DNA of 64,000 nucleotides. Origin: a virus. Under the pieces are notes generated by a model. That model worked only from the letters and a program-made list of their open reading frames with translations, was not told the origin of the DNA and ran no database searches. Shown here one piece after another: positions 9,231 through 19,574 of this stretch. How positions within the stretch are numbered: position 1 is the stretch's first letter; each line of letters opens with the position of its first letter. The stretch covers positions 2,623-66,622 of IMG/VR virus record IMGVR_UViG_3300047560_000195. One strand, 5' to 3'. The position numbers were made by a program, and so were the translations under genes.

Positions 9231-9312
9231 GCAACTACTGTTCTCCAGTTGCTTTCCTCCCTCCCTCGCAATCGAGGATCTTAACCCCGGCGTCACTCAC
9301 CGGGGTTTTTTT
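9231..9312 (+). ncRNA. Candidate anti-RBS small RNA
   Basis: Hairpin GCAACT/AGTTGC with loop ACTGTTCTCC, linker TTTCCTCCCT, hairpin CCTCG/CGAGG, terminator. Confidence 0.5.
9283..9312 (+). terminator. Intrinsic terminator at the convergence of replication and late operons
   Basis: AACCCCGG-cgtcactca-CCGGGGTT with a T7 run. Confidence 0.8.
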
Positions 9313-12300
9313 ATTCCGCTTCTTCCCACTCGCGTTCCTTTTCCTTTATCTCCTTGAGCATCTTCTTGGAGTACCGGATACCATGCCGCATTTCTTCCGT
9401 AGCGTTACGTTGCGCTTTCATAGAACGGCGTAGTGACGAATCAACGTTGCCTCTGGAAATTTCCAGACCGGGGTGCTTTTCACCCAACTCAATAAGCTCT
9501 TCACGTGCATCCCATTTGCCACCTAGATCACCAGCTCGATCAGCCGTGTAGTACTTACGTTTGAGGTTAGAAGCCTTACGAATAACCTTGTCGTGCATAC
9601 CCTTGAGGCGGTCGTTCTCTTCCATCTGGCGAGTGTAGTCAGCGGGGGCAATGCCAATAAACTGAGCCATCACATTACCCGGACTTACATCTCCCGTAAT
9701 GGGGTCACCACGTAGCGTATTAGTGCCTTCCAAACCATAACGAACTGCTTTGAACATATTGGAGGCAGCGACGGGCAGCATCATCTCGATACCACGTTCC
9801 GTGTGTCCTTCACGAATCAGGTTCAACCCACGTTCTATGCGCTCAGGCACGCTGTAAGCTGCACCACCAATTACTTCTGCCATCTGCTGTGCGAACGTAG
9901 CAGCCTCGGCTTTTTCATTCGATGTTCTTACGATCATGTCATTGATAGACATACGAGAAGCCACAGCGAGATTGGTGAAGTATTCGATCGGACCCTTGTA
10001 GGCAAACTCGCCTATGTAGTTACGAGTAGCAGTGCCGAGATCATCATCCTCATCGTCCTTGAACAAGTTATGGACCATGGACAGCAGTCCGAAGAGAGGT
10101 AAACCCTGTGCACCCGCCATGAGTCCAGCCATCCCATAGATCCCTGCCAATTGCTTACGAGCCATCTTACGTTCAGCCGGGGACAGCAGTTGGTCAGTAG
10201 CTTGTTTATAAGCCTTCCATAACATGTAGTAGTGCGTAGCGGCATACCGCTTGAACATAAACGCTACTTTACCTAAAGAGCTTTGAGAGATACGAGGAGC
10301 TGATGCGGATGCCACACTGCCGTTCGTAAGTTCAGCGGTTTGTATGGCCTTATAAGCAGCGGCTTCTTCAGCCTCTTTGGTGGTCATTTCCCCGGAGCGT
10401 ACCTTTGCAGCTAGCTTTCTGTTCTCAAGGTCATAAGCAGCCATCATGGTCACTTCACGGTTCATACGTTCACCGTGATGGAAAGCCCAACCAGAAATAG
10501 CATTGAGCTTATCGAGCGTACCCGTGCCAGTATCCCCACGAATCATTTCGTAAAGCTGAGAACGATCAAGCTGCCCATGGTCATTCAGCACTCTCACTAA
10601 GGTGGCGTACTGCTTACCGTACTTAGAATCAGGATTGTAGTTAGCCACAGACGGCATAACATCCATCATCACTGTCTGACCATTAGCCCCAATCATTTCG
10701 ACTTTAGCTTTACGGCCACTACCCATGAACACCCTAGTGGCATGCCCAATAGCACCGGAGATATTCTGCCCCGGATACTGACTCCAAAGGTAAGGAGTTA
10801 CTACCATCGGTACGTTAGCGAAGTTAACGAGTACGGATGAGATGTTTGCGCCCATGACGTAGTGGAACAGGCCAGTAGTAGCAAGCTGCCCCCAATCACT
10901 TTTTACCGGATTAAGGATATACCTCTCTCGTTTCTTAAACTCGTCCACGTACCGCATTGGAATTTCATTATCCTTAGCTGGAAGATACGTAGGATCACCA
11001 TTAGCGTCCTTAATTACTTTGCCATTTTTATCTGTAGCTTCAATGGCCCCACGACTTATCTTGTTCGCATAAGTCTCCATATCCGCAATGGTGTTGCGGA
11101 TCTTGGGGTTGTACTTCATGCTGGCTATCTGGTGCGACATGCTCCGCATTTTCTTTTCGAATACACCAACAGCATCGGTATCGAAACCAGCTCGACCACC
11201 GTCTTTACGTGCCATCATTGATTTGGCAAACGCGGTCTCAGGTAACGTAGAGATAAACAACCGCATCATTTCGTCAATAGCTTCGTCGGGTACCTTATTG
11301 GCCCGCATGATTTTTAGAACGCTATTTACGAATGAACCATCTGGCGCACGGCTGTAGTCCAACGATTGCAGGTTGGAGTAAGGCTGAACTTCCGTGGCAC
11401 CGCCACGCTCAAGCTCCCGCATACGAGCTCTACGTTTCCATTTGGACTCAAATGCTTCGACCACAAACAAAGGCCGACCTTCTTGGTCAAATGTATTAGC
11501 AGACAACCAATGCTCACCTGAACGACCAAGAGCGAAGTAAGGATCAATACGTCCCTTCTCCATGAGCTTGGACATGATGTCAGCCCGCAGTCGAACCTTA
11601 CTGGCCTGCGGCATATCGGTCTCATCGATACGGTCGAAGATGGTCTTCTTGATCTCGTCGTACATAGCGCGGTAGCCATTACGCATAGCTACGTAAGTAT
11701 CTTGCCAAGACTTGTCTAGTCGGTTGTACCTGCGATTCAGGTTATCCCAGATCTTTTCCTTTTCAGGATCATTCTTATAAATTTGTCTAGGCTTAGTAGG
11801 ATCTACCCCAGCTCTAGTGCTTCGATGCACTATGTCGCCGTATTCGTTCTGCTGATGCCCTGCTTTCTTAATAGCGTGTTTAGCAAGCGAGATAACCGGA
11901 TCGGTCATCTTGTTGAGCTTTTTTGTCAGGCCACTTTTCTGGTTAATTAGATCGTGAACTTTAGTCGGTAACCCACCTAAATACTTATCAGCCACGTCAG
12001 CCAAAGCGTGCATAGGAAGGAACGCTTTAATTGCTGAGCTTACTTCTCTATCACCAAAGTTAATGCCATCACTTAACGCAGCCTTTTGGTTATCGCTAAG
12101 CAACGGGATGTTGTCGATGATCTTATCTACAGTGTTATATGCGTATTTAGCACCACGAGGTGCATAAAGAATATGGCCGCCTCTGTTCTTAGGAGCAGGT
12201 GACGCTATCTCGGAGATGAGCTTATCCACAGCGTCATACATGGAGTCCAACGGCTTAGCTGGAAGACCGATAGAACGCCGGAAGAAGTTGGATACTGCAC

Positions 12301-15300
12301 GGATGAATCGGTCCCATGCCGTGTACTTCAACCCATCGGGGTTGATTGACTGAAGCTGATTTTTAAACTCCTCGTTACCCCACGCTTCGGATGTAAACTC
12401 ATGTACGTTCTGTGCACCATAGGCACCGCCCAAGCTATCCTTAACCTTATCGAACAGCTGAGTGAGGTTACGAGTTAGCGGATTATCAGCATCGTCCAGC
12501 GTATGCGACAAGACCGCATGTCCAGACTCGTGAATCAACGTATGCGAATTGAGCCCGTCAGTAGCGTCAAGGTGAACCGTATTCGTAGCCGGGTCGTAGT
12601 AACCCGGAACAGGCTTGCCGTTGGTGTCAGTCAAACCTAGTGAAATCTTTACGTTCGTACCACGTAAGTTCTTAGCTAGCTGGCGGGCGACACGAGATTG
12701 GTCACCTACTTCGCTTCTACCACTGAATACACTGGACAGGAAACGAGCCAGCTTAGACTGATTGCCCGTGATCCGGCTTGAATGCAGTAGGAGTGCCTGA
12801 GCAAGATTACCTCTACGTAGAGCATCCAGAACGGCGGGGTGAACCGGGTGCGCCATACTAGACACACCTTTACCGCCAACACCCTTCTCAAGTTCTTCAC
12901 CAGTAAGAGTAGCAACAGGAGCTTGCTTAGCAGCCTCTTCCGTACGGAAGTATAGGTCGCCAGTAGGAGCAGGCGTACGTGGCATAGCACGTTCACGCCC
13001 AGTATCAGTCTCAACAGTTTCTTCAGCCCAGCGGACTTTATCCGATGCCTCGGTCTTGTCCTTCATACCTTGGAAGTACTGGATCAACCGATTGAGTTCT
13101 TCGTTAGTCTCGGGGCTTAGGTTGTTCTGCACCCACTTAGCGGCACTCTCAGCTTCCTTAGTGCCCGTACCTTCAAACAACTTATTAGATTCGGCGTCGA
13201 CCTGATCCGGCTGCACTCGGAACCTAGGGGTGGGGAACACTAAGTCATAGGCAATGTTAGCTAGCGCGTGCTGCGTAACCGGACCTTTACCAAAATAGGT
13301 CTGAGCGTGCTTCTCATCCCCCTTTACTTTCGGTTTAGTACGTACAGTAGCTACGGCCTGCTGGTCACTCTGATCCTGAATATCAAAATCGGTGGTATAC
13401 CCGTGCGTCTCATCAGTAGGATGCTTCTCGGTTAGCCGAACAGCAGCGGCGGTAGCTCTATCTCTAGTCGTAGTTTGCAGCTGGGACTCAACTGCATTGA
13501 GCTGATCCGTAAGTTGTGCGATGGCATTAGTATCTCTCTTGCCCGTAGCTTCTTCGATAGCATCTTTGAGACCGCGCACTTCACCACGGAGCTGAATCTC
13601 TCTAGCTTCTAAATCACGCTGTTGGGTAGCCGCAGTTTCTGCCAGTTGTTGTGCTTGCGCGGTTTCGAGTCCACGTACAGTACGAGCCTTACGGGTTTCT
13701 TCTGTCTGAGCTTCAGCCTGTTGGCGAGCTCTAGTAACTTGGAGGTTCTCAAGAGTACGAGCTTTGGCAGCTTCGAGGTCTACGCCTTCTGCACCAGCGG
13801 CTTCTTCTAATGCACCCTGCTGTGCCGGAGCTCCTCCTTCAAGCCCAGATACAGATGATGTATCAACTCCCATTCCTGTGATTGGAGGTACTCCAACTCC
13901 TTCGGGGGGTACACCTGTGCTGGGTCCTCCAGAAACTCCAGCGCCAACTCCAGATGGTCCTGTCTCAATTCCAGATTCAAGCGCCCGTTGGACATTGGAA
14001 TTATGTTCCTCGATGAGATCGATGATCTTGGTTTTGATTTCCGGATCGATCTTCTCGTTGGCTCCAAGTTGTCCGATGAACTTAGCAACTTTGGCGTAGT
14101 CTTCGTCGTTGAGGAAATCCTTTCCCTCAAGATTCTTGTATACCCATTGGTTGCGCTTTTTATCAAGGCCAATGCTGCTAAGCATGTCAGCGCTGAGAAC
14201 CGAAGAATACCCAACATCAGAAGGTCCTGAAGGCGGCGCAGCTTGTCCTGTAGTTTCATCGATTACTTCCGGAGGAACAGCCGGAGCAGAAATACGCTCA
14301 GTGCCGGGCGGTTGTTCTGGCGCACCGAGTTGAATACCAGCTTCACGGTCTAATCTATCTCTATACGAAGGGTAGCGACCAGCTTCTACAGCAGCTCCGG
14401 GGGCACCGATAACAGCACCGCCAATCATGCCTCGAACAGCAGAGTCGAATACTTTGTCGAGAGCTTCACGATCAGCCCCAACGTACTTAGCTGCTAGGTT
14501 GTCAATATACTGCTGAACACCTTCGGTGATACCTTCACCTGCAGTAGCAATACCAGCTTCAGCTAGGAACGCTTTAGTGTACGAAGTGGGCAATACGCCC
14601 ATCTTGTCGAGAATCTTTGCAGTAAGCATGTCACGGCTGGCACCTGACAACTTACCCAATACATGACCCGGTATGACAGTATCTAAACCGGCTTTAACGC
14701 TACCGAACATGGCGGCGACACCGGGATGCAGCTCACCCGTTTCTTGGTAGATATCTTGGAACGTTTCGGGAATATTACCTGCCGCAGATGCAGCGGCCAT
14801 TCCAGTACCAGCGCCGACACGTCCAGCCATGGAACCAGCGACAACCCGATCCATGAGTTTGTCTTTGAGCGCCGCTTTACCCGCTTCGTCCAAACCTTCA
14901 CGCTTGGCTACGTGCTCAGCTAGCTTGGACTCAATAGATTTACGTACAGCTGCCTTACCAATAGAGGAGCCTACACCAGCACCCATGAGGAAAGTAGCGG
15001 CATTAGCTGCGTTTTCACCTAGGGTTTCAACTGTGTAATCTAAGAACTCAGCAGGATCATTAACCTTCGAAATGTCTTCGTAGGCAACGGGATATTCTGC
15101 ACGAACATCCTCCATGCGATCTTTGTATTCTTTGAGCTGCTCTGTAGCGTACTTATCGTTACCGAACGCAGACGCGGCCATAGCCGGAATGAGGTCTAGG
15201 TAATCTCCCTTAAGACCTTCCCACCCACGAGCTAAAGCGCCTTTAAAGATATCCGAAGTGGGTCTTCCACTTGGATCGTACTGAAGCTTAGGAGGCTGGT

Positions 15301-15988
15301 CATCAAAACCAGCATCTGTTATCCGAGAGGTAGGTGCACCGCCACGATCAGGCTGCGCTAGACGCTGTTTACCATAGATAGGGTTCTGCTCGATGCCACC
15401 CGGTAACGATGTCCATACCCCAGACAGATTACGCAGGACATTGTGCTGAACTTCAGGATCACCTGTAGCCCAGTCTTCACGTACATCCCGACCAGTCTTT
15501 GCCTTATAAATCTTAGAGGCATAGTGAAGAGCCCCCTGATCTTGGCTCTGCGGAGACATGTCCTCAAGTCCAAGCTCTTTGGAGACTTCATCCCAAGTAG
15601 CTTTCTCAAACTGATACCGACCAAACGCGGAAGACGTATCTCCAGCATTGGGACCTTTTCTAATAGGCACGTGAATACCGGGGTGCCTAGAAAGATCAGA
15701 GATCTTCCGACCACCGTAAAGCGTGTTGTAGTCAGGCGATTCAGTACCTGCGATCGTATCAAGAAGACTTCGATCTGATTCAGCAATATCTTTACTGTAC
15801 GTACCTACACGAGAACGAGTACGAGGCATCCCTTCCTCGTCAATCGTGGTTTCCATCCTCCTTGGCATATCCGGAGGATGTTGGCGTATTCTTGACGCTA
15901 ACGCTTGAGCCCGCGAAATAATTTCCGCATCGGATAGGCTATCGTCAAAGTCAACGTTCTCTACGCCGGGTACATTAACACGAGCCAT
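9311..15988 (-). CDS. Giant internal virion (ejection) protein with N-terminal muramidase and zincin-like domain
   Basis: LLDTIAGTES..YNTLYGG..HP..SSAFGRYQF..TW..SPQSQD (lambda-R-like lysozyme); GYYDP..LIHESGHAV..HEFTSE zincin motif; last gene of the virion operon. Confidence 0.8.
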   Translation of the reverse strand: MARVNVPGVENVDFDDSLSDAEIISRAQALASRIRQHPPDMPRRMETTIDEEGMPRTRSRVGTYSKDIAESDRSLLDTIAGTESPDYNTLYGGRKISDLSRHPGIHVPIRKGPNAGDTSSAFGRYQFEKATWDEVSKELGLEDMSPQSQDQGALHYASKIYKAKTGRDVREDWATGDPEVQHNVLRNLSGVWTSLPGGIEQNPIYGKQRLAQPDRGGAPTSRITDAGFDDQPPKLQYDPSGRPTSDIFKGALARGWEGLKGDYLDLIPAMAASAFGNDKYATEQLKEYKDRMEDVRAEYPVAYEDISKVNDPAEFLDYTVETLGENAANAATFLMGAGVGSSIGKAAVRKSIESKLAEHVAKREGLDEAGKAALKDKLMDRVVAGSMAGRVGAGTGMAAASAAGNIPETFQDIYQETGELHPGVAAMFGSVKAGLDTVIPGHVLGKLSGASRDMLTAKILDKMGVLPTSYTKAFLAEAGIATAGEGITEGVQQYIDNLAAKYVGADREALDKVFDSAVRGMIGGAVIGAPGAAVEAGRYPSYRDRLDREAGIQLGAPEQPPGTERISAPAVPPEVIDETTGQAAPPSGPSDVGYSSVLSADMLSSIGLDKKRNQWVYKNLEGKDFLNDEDYAKVAKFIGQLGANEKIDPEIKTKIIDLIEEHNSNVQRALESGIETGPSGVGAGVSGGPSTGVPPEGVGVPPITGMGVDTSSVSGLEGGAPAQQGALEEAAGAEGVDLEAAKARTLENLQVTRARQQAEAQTEETRKARTVRGLETAQAQQLAETAATQQRDLEAREIQLRGEVRGLKDAIEEATGKRDTNAIAQLTDQLNAVESQLQTTTRDRATAAAVRLTEKHPTDETHGYTTDFDIQDQSDQQAVATVRTKPKVKGDEKHAQTYFGKGPVTQHALANIAYDLVFPTPRFRVQPDQVDAESNKLFEGTGTKEAESAAKWVQNNLSPETNEELNRLIQYFQGMKDKTEASDKVRWAEETVETDTGRERAMPRTPAPTGDLYFRTEEAAKQAPVATLTGEELEKGVGGKGVSSMAHPVHPAVLDALRRGNLAQALLLHSSRITGNQSKLARFLSSVFSGRSEVGDQSRVARQLAKNLRGTNVKISLGLTDTNGKPVPGYYDPATNTVHLDATDGLNSHTLIHESGHAVLSHTLDDADNPLTRNLTQLFDKVKDSLGGAYGAQNVHEFTSEAWGNEEFKNQLQSINPDGLKYTAWDRFIRAVSNFFRRSIGLPAKPLDSMYDAVDKLISEIASPAPKNRGGHILYAPRGAKYAYNTVDKIIDNIPLLSDNQKAALSDGINFGDREVSSAIKAFLPMHALADVADKYLGGLPTKVHDLINQKSGLTKKLNKMTDPVISLAKHAIKKAGHQQNEYGDIVHRSTRAGVDPTKPRQIYKNDPEKEKIWDNLNRRYNRLDKSWQDTYVAMRNGYRAMYDEIKKTIFDRIDETDMPQASKVRLRADIMSKLMEKGRIDPYFALGRSGEHWLSANTFDQEGRPLFVVEAFESKWKRRARMRELERGGATEVQPYSNLQSLDYSRAPDGSFVNSVLKIMRANKVPDEAIDEMMRLFISTLPETAFAKSMMARKDGGRAGFDTDAVGVFEKKMRSMSHQIASMKYNPKIRNTIADMETYANKISRGAIEATDKNGKVIKDANGDPTYLPAKDNEIPMRYVDEFKKRERYILNPVKSDWGQLATTGLFHYVMGANISSVLVNFANVPMVVTPYLWSQYPGQNISGAIGHATRVFMGSGRKAKVEMIGANGQTVMMDVMPSVANYNPDSKYGKQYATLVRVLNDHGQLDRSQLYEMIRGDTGTGTLDKLNAISGWAFHHGERMNREVTMMAAYDLENRKLAAKVRSGEMTTKEAEEAAAYKAIQTAELTNGSVASASAPRISQSSLGKVAFMFKRYAATHYYMLWKAYKQATDQLLSPAERKMARKQLAGIYGMAGLMAGAQGLPLFGLLSMVHNLFKDDEDDDLGTATRNYIGEFAYKGPIEYFTNLAVASRMSINDMIVRTSNEKAEAATFAQQMAEVIGGAAYSVPERIERGLNLIREGHTERGIEMMLPVAASNMFKAVRYGLEGTNTLRGDPITGDVSPGNVMAQFIGIAPADYTRQMEENDRLKGMHDKVIRKASNLKRKYYTADRAGDLGGKWDAREELIELGEKHPGLEISRGNVDSSLRRSMKAQRNATEEMRHGIRYSKKMLKEIKEKEREWEEAE

Positions 15989-15993
15989 TAGTA

Positions 15994-17379
15994 TTACTCT
16001 TCGTCGCTAGAATAATCAGGAGTTGGAGGGGTTGTCAGCCGCCGCATGTGCTGCATATAACTAGGCATGAGCCTCTGCATGTACTGCATTACTAATGAAT
16101 AATTTTTATCGGTAGGATCTTTAAGGATTCTTTGTACTTCTCGTCTCCAGAATCTGGAATCACCAACCGGATTACCACTAGGATCTTTTTCCCCAGAAGC
16201 CATAGCATCGGCCAAAGCTGACTGGAATTGCGGATCGCCAGAAGCATCTTGATACATTTGGTACGCAGCGGGGTCGATCTTACCAGTACCAGCTGCACGG
16301 GTTGTTTTAGGCGGTCTACGGAAATAATCCGCGTGCGCCATCTTCTCTTCAATGTCAGCTTCTTCTCTTGCCGCACCGTAAAGATTTTCGATACCTTGAC
16401 CCTCAGTTTTGGCGCTAGTCAGCCCTGCTTGGCTTTCAATAAGTCTAGCTCGTAAAGGATCAAGTCCGGCCTCAGACAAATTCCTAGCTTCCATACTAGC
16501 GTAATAGGGTTCCATAGACTGATGCTGTGACAAGTCTATACCGTATCTAAGTGCTTGCTGTTGAAGTTCCTGACCTCTAAGGCCTGTAGCAAGAAGCTGC
16601 TTGACTACGTTTTCGTCTCTTTGACCGAGTTGTTCCATACCCTTTGAATACGCACGAGTACCAGCCAAAGCTCCTTCGGCCAAGTTGGTAAGCATCCAAG
16701 GGGTACGCGCTGCCGCTGCGGTAAATCCACCCTCACGAATGGCATTCGCAATAGCGTCTTGTTCTCGCTGCGGGCGATCAGCTTGCTGACTAAGAATAAT
16801 GTTACGTAGATCCTGCTGCCCAGCCGGAAGCTGATTCATATACTGACTGTATAGATCCTGAATACCAGCATAGGAAGAAGGTCTAGCAATAGGCCGCGCT
16901 GGACTGTACTGAGCGCCACGAGTAACTGTGTAACGGTTATCTTCAGAATCTCTTTCCCTAGCGGTACGTACGTCTGTATCAGGAAGAGTTGTCGTCTCGT
17001 CGGATGAGCCACCACCAGCAAAGGCAATGATCCCACCACCAGCGTATTCTTCTGGCATGTTGCTAGGTAGGGTTTCGACACCCTGAGAAGGGGCAGGCTG
17101 CTGGCGATAACCATCCGGTGTGGAGGGCATCACGGGGGGTTCCGGACGAGTTACCTGATCCGCAGCCTGCATAACTTGGTCTTTAACAGTAGTAGGGGGC
17201 GTGCCCTGCTCCTGCAAAATAGCCTTAGCCATCTGGAGCTTCTGAGCTTCCTTGGCTTTCTGTTCTATTAGAGGGATAGCGATGTACGCATCAAGCGTGC
17301 CATTCTGCAAGCTCCTTTGAATTTGCTCGATGCTCATCTTCTGAGCATTAGCCATCTGGCCTAAAAGAGATCCAATCAT
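15994..17379 (-). CDS. Putative internal virion/ejection protein
   Basis: Gln/Ala-rich helical protein with YAGGGIIAFAGGG motif; position in ejection cluster. Confidence 0.6.
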   Translation of the reverse strand: MIGSLLGQMANAQKMSIEQIQRSLQNGTLDAYIAIPLIEQKAKEAQKLQMAKAILQEQGTPPTTVKDQVMQAADQVTRPEPPVMPSTPDGYRQQPAPSQGVETLPSNMPEEYAGGGIIAFAGGGSSDETTTLPDTDVRTARERDSEDNRYTVTRGAQYSPARPIARPSSYAGIQDLYSQYMNQLPAGQQDLRNIILSQQADRPQREQDAIANAIREGGFTAAAARTPWMLTNLAEGALAGTRAYSKGMEQLGQRDENVVKQLLATGLRGQELQQQALRYGIDLSQHQSMEPYYASMEARNLSEAGLDPLRARLIESQAGLTSAKTEGQGIENLYGAAREEADIEEKMAHADYFRRPPKTTRAAGTGKIDPAAYQMYQDASGDPQFQSALADAMASGEKDPSGNPVGDSRFWRREVQRILKDPTDKNYSLVMQYMQRLMPSYMQHMRRLTTPPTPDYSSDEE

Positions 17380-17402
17380 ATGCTTACCCCTTTAAATTAT
17401 TC

Positions 17403-19100
17403 TTAGCCCATGGCTCTATACAGAGCTGGTCCTGCAATACCTGCGACCATACCACCAATCTGAGAGCCAGCGTTGGGAGAGGCTACGTAATTCTGCTGTG
17501 TACTACTGCCGCTCATAGGTAACCCACGAAGCAGGCTGTTCATGAAGGCATACTGTTGATACGGGTATTGCTGTGCAGTGTTGTACTCACCCATAGCCGC
17601 ATTGATAACGTTTTGGGCTTGCTGCTGTTGCATGCCACCCATCTGCCCCTGCATCCCGATTATTCCTTGTTGAGCGCCGAGTTGTAGGTTACCAATATTG
17701 GCTAGGTTTACACCTTGAGACCCCGCTTGACCATAACCAGCGAGACCCAGTTGACCTGCTTGAGTAGCCGCCTGAGTACCTTGAATACCAAGACCCTGTC
17801 CTTGAAGCGCGGCCTGAACTCCTTGAATACCAGCTAACTGACCTTGAATACCGGTGCCTGCACCGGCAAGACCTAACTGACCGGCATTGATACGTTGCCC
17901 AACACCTTGTAACCCGGCTTGAGCGCCTTGAACGCCAGCGAGCTGCGCTTGAGTTCCAGCCTGAAGACCTTGAATACCAAGACCAGCGCCGTACTGCTGA
18001 GCCTGCTGCGCCTGTTGGAAAGCTTGGTTGTACCCCTGACCAATCGCCTGTTGCGCCGCCATGTTCCCAGCTTGCTGGGTAAGAGCATTCTGAAGAGCGG
18101 AACGTGAGCCACCGAAAGCACCGGAAGAAGTAGCAGCGGCCTGCTGCGCTGCGCCTTGAATACCGGTTTGCTGTGCAAGTAATTTGAGCTGCGGATCTAA
18201 TGAAGCCTGAAGATAAGGATTCATGTACGCCTGAATAGCGCTGGGGCTAGTCGCCTGCTGCTGATAAGCAGCCTGCGCTCCATAACCTTGACCAGCTTGA
18301 GCTGCTGCGGCAGCACCATACCCAGCGCCCTGACCACCATAGATATCAGAAATGCCAGCAGCTTGGGTTGCATCCTGTACGGCGCGTTGATACCCTTCCT
18401 GACCAATACGAGAAGCAATGTCCCCGTACTCGATACCCTTCATACCTATATCAGCGGCCTTAGCTCCGTACCCAAGAGCCGTACCACCTAACTGCTGTGC
18501 TTGACCGGCAATCCCAAGAGAACCTTGCCCTGCCTGACGTACTAAGTCTGAACCTTCTGCAAACTGGCCCGGTACTTGAAGATTCTGCGCGGCTTGGAAC
18601 GCCTGCATTTGCATAGGACTAAACCCAGCGACAGCGGCTGAACCTTGGGCTGAACTAGGGCCAGTAGTGCTGTAAGTATCACCCTGTTTGTAGGGCATGT
18701 ACGCCTGCTGGACAGCATTTTGCTGTCTTTGCATAGCCGCTTGCTGCGCCTGTTGCGCTGCGGCAAATTCTGCTGGGTGTCGCTGCTGCTGCCCTGCATT
18801 CCATTGAAGGATTGGATTGGTCAGAGCTGGATCCGTGAATACACCCTGATCGACGCCGTATGGCATGTACGGGGTAGTACCCGTGATCCTACCGTTGGGC
18901 GTCATCTGAAACACTTGCTTCATAGCCCCGCCAAGCATGGCTTGAGCGTATGGCTGAGCATACTCAGGGATAGTCGTTGTAGTAACGTTCTGCGTGGTAT
19001 TGGTCATACCACTACCACCACCTCCGCCACCACCCATTTGAAAGCCAAAAACAAATTGGTCTATAAGGAACCGTTTTAAGGCTTTAGTAAAATTAAGCAT
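17403..19100 (-). CDS. Putative DNA pilot/ejection protein
   Basis: Leader plus poly-Gly, IPEYAQPY, VAGFSPMQ, YMNPY, GAFGGSR; Gly/Gln/Ala heptad-like repeats. Confidence 0.7.
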   Translation of the reverse strand: MLNFTKALKRFLIDQFVFGFQMGGGGGGGSGMTNTTQNVTTTTIPEYAQPYAQAMLGGAMKQVFQMTPNGRITGTTPYMPYGVDQGVFTDPALTNPILQWNAGQQQRHPAEFAAAQQAQQAAMQRQQNAVQQAYMPYKQGDTYSTTGPSSAQGSAAVAGFSPMQMQAFQAAQNLQVPGQFAEGSDLVRQAGQGSLGIAGQAQQLGGTALGYGAKAADIGMKGIEYGDIASRIGQEGYQRAVQDATQAAGISDIYGGQGAGYGAAAAAQAGQGYGAQAAYQQQATSPSAIQAYMNPYLQASLDPQLKLLAQQTGIQGAAQQAAATSSGAFGGSRSALQNALTQQAGNMAAQQAIGQGYNQAFQQAQQAQQYGAGLGIQGLQAGTQAQLAGVQGAQAGLQGVGQRINAGQLGLAGAGTGIQGQLAGIQGVQAALQGQGLGIQGTQAATQAGQLGLAGYGQAGSQGVNLANIGNLQLGAQQGIIGMQGQMGGMQQQQAQNVINAAMGEYNTAQQYPYQQYAFMNSLLRGLPMSGSSTQQNYVASPNAGSQIGGMVAGIAGPALYRAMG

Positions 19101-19551
19101 TTAAGTGCTCCTTTGCATAATCGTCAAAGCGTTCATAAAAAATGTCTTTCCACACAAGCGGAAGCACTTCTCTAGCTTTTTCTATTCCGACGCAAACCTG
19201 CACGGAATAGACAATTATATGTCCTGCGGCGTACCGTAACCCATGCGCTATCTCTAAACCATGCGGATCTTTGTCTCGCTGGAATTTATTAGAGACTTCG
19301 TATGCTGACGCAACCAAGGGCCATATTGGAAGTATGTAGTCTTGTATTGACCTATAAAACGGATTGCTGGGTAAATATACAAGGGCGATCATGAAGGCAT
19401 TGTTTATTTCTATCTCAGAAAGTTCACAGTCTTTGTCAACAAGATCATCCCAAGCATGCGCCAGATCCCTAAACATAAAGTACATATTCAAGGCATCTTG
19501 ATTCCCACCAAACCAAGCTAACCTATCGTCGTCAACCTCAGTCTTTTCCAC
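19093..19551 (-). CDS. Isoprenoid-synthase-fold (DDxxD) protein, prenyltransferase-like
   Basis: All-helical with AHAWDDLVDKD aspartate-rich motif; GTG start with AAAGGGG upstream. Confidence 0.5.
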   Translation of the reverse strand: MEKTEVDDDRLAWFGGNQDALNMYFMFRDLAHAWDDLVDKDCELSEIEINNAFMIALVYLPSNPFYRSIQDYILPIWPLVASAYEVSNKFQRDKDPHGLEIAHGLRYAAGHIIVYSVQVCVGIEKAREVLPLVWKDIFYERFDDYAKEHLNA

Positions 19552-19574
19552 GTAAGCCCCCTTTACCCTTAATC

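Noticed and set aside
9203-9433. 76-aa + strand ORF
   Set aside because: Crosses a strong terminator and overlaps the giant gene antisense; no convincing RBS
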